Shown here: positions 60,443 to 64,000 of the stretch, in pieces
How positions within the stretch are numbered: the first letter of the stretch is position 1
How the letters are laid out: every line of letters begins with the position of its first letter
From: an uncultured Bacteroidota bacterium
GTDB taxonomy: Bacteria; Bacteroidota; Ignavibacteria; UBA10030; UBA6906
DNA length: 64,000 nt
Direction: 5' to 3'
Assembly: GCA_963700635.1 (NCBI GenBank)
Contig: CAVOYH010000003.1
Coordinates: 320,001-384,000, forward strand
The notes under the pieces: generated by a model
The model's input: the letters and a program-made list of their open reading frames with translations, nothing else
Databases searched by the model: none
Told to the model about the DNA's origin: nothing
Program-made: the position numbers and the translations under genes

Positions 60443-62695
60443 TTACTGCTGTGTCGCGGAACCAGGTTTAACGGCTTGATCCAGGGCTTCAAGCATGATG
60501 CCCGGAGTAATCACTTCAGGCAACACCATCGGTTGTGTCGGCCTGCCTGCCGGGAAGAGAACATACAGAGGCACCCCGGATCGGCCGAACTTCGCAAGCA
60601 GACGTGTAATGTCCGGGTTTCTGTTGGTCCAGTCCGCTTTTATTGCGACCACCCCTAATGAACGGATCTTCTCCACCACACGTTCATCGGTAAGAACCGT
60701 GCGTTCATTCACCTTGCAGGTCAGACACCATTCTGCGGTAAAGTCCAGAAAGACCGTGCGATCGGCCACCAGGTGCGATTCCAGCGCCGCCACGGAAAAG
60801 GGCTGCCAGGGAATACCGTCTGACGACACTGATGTCTCAGTAGGATCGGGTGTTCCGGCTATGACCGACCGGATATCCAGGGTGGACTCAATGAAGAACC
60901 AGTAGCCAAAGGCGATAATCCCGGCGGCAACACTCCATACAATATATACGGTCCGCCGGGTCGCGCTGAGCGTGGCAAATCTGCCTACCAGCCATCCGGC
61001 CACACCGATGAAGAGCAGAAACGCGCCCGTCCAGATAACGGCTTCCATCCCCAGCTGCTTGCCCAGCACATAGAGCAGCCAGAGAAGAGTGGCCATCATC
61101 AGAAAACCCATAAACTGTTTTGCTGTCACCATCCACTCGCCGGGCTTTGGCATATACCTCAGCCATGCCGGACGGGCAGTGAGCAACAGGTACGGCAGTG
61201 CCATCCCCAATGCGACACACGCAAAGATAAGGAGGATGCTGCCGGCTGACTGCGAAAAAGCGAACCCCAGCGCGGATCCGAGAAACGGCGCTGTACATGG
61301 CGTTGCCAGAATCGTGGCAAACACTCCCTCGGAGAAGGACGAAAGATATCCTTTCCCATGGCCTTCCTGACGGGTCAGCACTGAACTGACTCCGGCAACA
61401 GCCGCACCGGGCAAGCGGATCTCAAAAACACCGAAGAGACTCAGGCCGAACGCGAATACCACCGCGATCATGACGACAACAAAGATCGGCTCCTGAAACT
61501 GGAATCCCCATCCCACCTGCTGGCCTGCAAGCTTCAGCGTAATGACAAGAAGCGCCAGAACAAGAAACGATACGAGAATACCCAGAGAGAACATCAGACC
61601 AAGCCGACGGACACGGGCGGGCTCGTCCCCGGCCATTTTTACAAGGCCGAACACCTTTAACGCAATCACCGGCAGCACGCACGGCATAATATTCAGGAGG
61701 AGGCCACCCAGCACCGCAAAAAGCGCATAGAGGATAAAGGATGTCTGGTCGGCAGCCGGCTGACCTGTCTGGAACGTCTGATCCAGCAGGCTCCCCGGCG
61801 GGATAGCACCGTCTGCAGCATCCGGACCCAACGGGACCTCCAGCTCGAAGGCACGGCGTAAACCCCGGCCATCCGGAATGACGACGATCCCGCGCAGAGT
61901 ATCGGGCGTGACATGCCCCGGAGAGTGTATGATGGGAACGGTGATGACAGCTTCTCCCCGGTCGAGTACTGTTGACGTACGACCGGTGGAAAAGCCCTCC
62001 GCAGTGTAGGGAAAAAAGTCGGGGAAGGATGCGGAATCAGAAAATACGTGTTGGGCCTTTCCGGAGGCCACTCGCACGATCACCCCGGTCTCTTCGACAG
62101 ATGGCATAAGAGTCAGGGAATCTCCCGGGGAGAGGGCCCGGGGAAGTGCCTTGCGGTAGCGCTCAAAAAGCTGTGCGTGATCCGGAGCGGGGTCGTCGGT
62201 CACGGCGGTCAATACGAGCGTTGCACTCCCTTCTCCGGGAACGCACGTCCGTTCACATTCAAGCCAATCTGCGTCAATACGAAGTGTACTCCGGGCCCCC
62301 GGAACAAGAGTGGAGGGGGGCGTCACCTCGAACATGAACATGGTTTCTTCCGTGTAGCCGTATGTCAGGAGGTCTCCCTCTTCGACCTTCTTTTCAGGAA
62401 TCGGCCACAACATCCTGCCAACACGGAATCCGGAAGGTAAAGTCCAGCGTACTTCGGTCGGCAATCCCGACTCCCCCGCATTGCGCCAGTACGTATGCCA
62501 CCCTGGTTGCATACGGAGTACCAATCCGAGGGTGAACGGAACACCTGGACGAATCCCCTGCACATCAGCGACCAGGGAGATCTCCGTGTGGACGCCGGTC
62601 TGTACGGGAACTGCGATCAGGTCAACGGGGAGCACAAAGAAAGTGAGGAGGAATAACGGGAGAATGGAACCCATCACACTAGAGCGGCTTTTCAT
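60443..62695 (-). CDS. dsbD: Thiol:disulfide interchange protein, DsbD/ScsB type (N-terminal Ig domain, TM domain, thioredoxin)
   Basis: [43 protein letters not shown]. Alternative start 62674. Confidence 0.9.
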   Translation of the reverse strand: MKSRSSVMGSILPLFLLTFFVLPVDLIAVPVQTGVHTEISLVADVQGIRPGVPFTLGLVLRMQPGWHTYWRNAGESGLPTEVRWTLPSGFRVGRMLWPIPEKKVEEGDLLTYGYTEETMFMFEVTPPSTLVPGARSTLRIDADWLECERTCVPGEGSATLVLTAVTDDPAPDHAQLFERYRKALPRALSPGDSLTLMPSVEETGVIVRVASGKAQHVFSDSASFPDFFPYTAEGFSTGRTSTVLDRGEAVITVPIIHSPGHVTPDTLRGIVVIPDGRGLRRAFELEVPLGPDAADGAIPPGSLLDQTFQTGQPAADQTSFILYALFAVLGGLLLNIMPCVLPVIALKVFGLVKMAGDEPARVRRLGLMFSLGILVSFLVLALLVITLKLAGQQVGWGFQFQEPIFVVVMIAVVFAFGLSLFGVFEIRLPGAAVAGVSSVLTRQEGHGKGYLSSFSEGVFATILATPCTAPFLGSALGFAFSQSAGSILLIFACVALGMALPYLLLTARPAWLRYMPKPGEWMVTAKQFMGFLMMATLLWLLYVLGKQLGMEAVIWTGAFLLFIGVAGWLVGRFATLSATRRTVYIVWSVAAGIIAFGYWFFIESTLDIRSVIAGTPDPTETSVSSDGIPWQPFSVAALESHLVADRTVFLDFTAEWCLTCKVNERTVLTDERVVEKIRSLGVVAIKADWTNRNPDITRLLAKFGRSGVPLYVLFPAGRPTQPMVLPEVITPGIMLEALDQAVKPGSATQQ

Positions 62696-62849
62696 CCTTT
62701 TTTTTCCGGTCTCCGTGATGTAGAAAGTTCTGACGCCACCGTTTTCGGATCAGGAGAAGAAAATACCCGAATATGGCGATGCCAATAATCCCCAACAGAA
62801 TGATATTCATACCAAGGAACGACACGGCCCCTTGATCTTGCGGTTCCAT
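62679..62849 (-). CDS. Small single-pass membrane protein (56 aa), absent from the ORF track
   Basis: [56 protein letters not shown]: one TM helix then a basic tail. GGAAAG upstream; abuts or overlaps the dsbD start. Confidence 0.7.
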   Translation of the reverse strand: MEPQDQGAVSFLGMNIILLGIIGIAIFGYFLLLIRKRWRQNFLHHGDRKKKDEKPL

Positions 62850-62930
62850 AGAGGTTCTTTCCGGGGTGCCAACAAGTCGGCATACACTCTTCGTACAATA
62901 TAGAGAAACACCCAGGCGGATGCAAGATGT

Positions 62931-63515
62931 TCAACGTATCATCCAGTCCTTCAGCAGCGCTTCATAGTGCTCCGGAGCAAGTGCAGGAACCGGGAGCTCA
63001 CCCCGCGCAAGCCGTTGGCGAAGGGTCTCATAGAGGAGGACGGCAGCAGCAACCGAGACATTCAGGCTCTCAATCATGCCGCGCATCGGGATAAGCAAAC
63101 GACCATCTGCCAGATTCGCGGCCTCATCGGACACACCGCGGTGTTCATTGCCCAGAACCAGCGCCACATTTCCCGTCAGATCGTAGTCAAAGACAGACAG
63201 CGCGTCCTGATCCAGGCGTGTTGCCAGTATCCTGTATCCTTCCTTTCGTAACAGCGCGTAACAATCCGGCAGAGAGGTATGTTTTCGCCGATCGACCCAC
63301 TTACTCGCGCTGGAAGAGCTTTTTTTCCCGATCCGGGGGAACGGCTCGCTTGTATAGAGTAGCTCAACATGCACGACGCCCACAGCATCACAGGTCCGGA
63401 GAATCGCGCTGACATTGTGCGGATCGTGAATATTCTCCAACACCACCGTGAGTCCCGGCAGGCGTCGTTCAAGAACGCGCGTAATCTTCTCGGCCCGGCG
63501 TCGGCTAAGCGGCAA
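62931..63515 (-). CDS. trmH: tRNA (guanosine-18 2'-O)-methyltransferase, SpoU/TrmH family
   Basis: LENIHDPHNVSAILRTCDAVG, LGNEHRGVS, IPMRGMIESLNVSVA, YETLRQR. Confidence 0.9.
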   Translation of the reverse strand: MPLSRRRAEKITRVLERRLPGLTVVLENIHDPHNVSAILRTCDAVGVVHVELLYTSEPFPRIGKKSSSSASKWVDRRKHTSLPDCYALLRKEGYRILATRLDQDALSVFDYDLTGNVALVLGNEHRGVSDEAANLADGRLLIPMRGMIESLNVSVAAAVLLYETLRQRLARGELPVPALAPEHYEALLKDWMIR

Positions 63516-64000
63516 GATGCTCCTCCGGATGAAAATGCAGAAGAAGAATCGCCGTCAGAACCAGGACGGCGCCAACAGCCTGTAAAGGTTCCAGGACCTC
63601 TCCCAGAAACAGTGCGGCGGAGCCGATTGCCACAATCGGTTCCAGCGTGCTGGTGATGATCGCGCGGGATGGCACGATCGACTGAAGGGCTCCGAAAAAC
63701 AGGGTGTGGGGGATAAGCAACGAGAATACCGCCAGAAGAAAGAGCGCACCCCAGGCGGTATACGACACGCCCGCCCCGGCAATGATCCAGGGCGGATTAA
63801 CAAGGAGCCAGAACAATGAAGCAAACAGGATAGAATAGAAGGTCATCGTCCAGACATTGTGACGGCGCAGGATGTACCGTGTAAAAACGGTCAGAAAGGC
63901 AAACCCGAAAACCGAGGCGATACCACTCACGATGCCTGCCTGTGTGATGGTCAGCACGGCCTTATCATAGGCGCCAACCGCCAGAAAGCACCCCGTGAGC
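63505..64000 (-). CDS. EamA/DMT-family transporter, C-terminal part (5' end outside window)
   Basis: Hydrophobic helices with TLEPIVA..A.LFLGE.L...Q..G motif; frame runs to the window edge. Confidence 0.88.
   Translation of the reverse strand, partial: LTGCFLAVGAYDKAVLTITQAGIVSGIASVFGFAFLTVFTRYILRRHNVWTMTFYSILFASLFWLLVNPPWIIAGAGVSYTAWGALFLLAVFSLLIPHTLFFGALQSIVPSRAIITSTLEPIVAIGSAALFLGEVLEPLQAVGAVLVLTAILLLHFHPEEHLAA

Noticed and set aside
62692-62934. 80-aa ORF between trmH and dsbD
   Set aside because: No recognisable features; the 56-aa TM ORF in another frame explains the region better.
1-64000. CRISPR arrays, rRNA/tRNA genes, transposases, prophage or defence genes
   Set aside because: No regularly spaced repeats, cloverleaf-like sequences or such protein motifs were seen by eye; short ncRNAs could have been missed.

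Overview
This is a GC-rich bacterial chromosomal window, most likely from an Ignavibacteria-like member of the FCB superphylum. That placement is an inference from five T9SS C-terminal-domain proteins, a PorV/PorQ barrel, a TonB receptor with no SusD, Gln directly after most signal peptides, and canonical sigma70-type promoters. Left part (1-8 kb): a partial radical SAM gene, a PDZ-containing two-component pair, a collapsed smpB-tyrS remnant ahead of a dipeptidase, and two T9SS cargo proteins. Centre (8-41.5 kb): a ~33 kb glycan-utilisation locus. It holds GH97, a GxGYxYP protein, a UroD/MtaA-like protein, a FadR repressor gene missing its HTH next to an intact palindromic operator, a TonB receptor + CTD protein + PorV triad, three GH38-like enzymes, a sugar ABC transporter without ATPase, an unclassified six-hairpin-like glycosidase, an esterase, a ROK kinase, a PMI-like isomerase, Lgt and a DUF4185/GH183-like protein. 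Right part: TrxB with an atypical thioredoxin, a DUF1059 protein, a PPIase-like chaperone, an XRE regulator, an AhpD-like protein, two tandem propeller-PAS-HisKA_2 kinases, the pgi-tkt-rpiB-tal-ppgK cluster, DsbD, an unannotated 56-aa membrane protein, TrmH and a partial EamA transporter. Several single-base frameshifts suggest sequencing indels. I saw no rRNA, tRNA, CRISPR array, integrase or transposase. All family calls come from motif recognition by eye, not from database searches.
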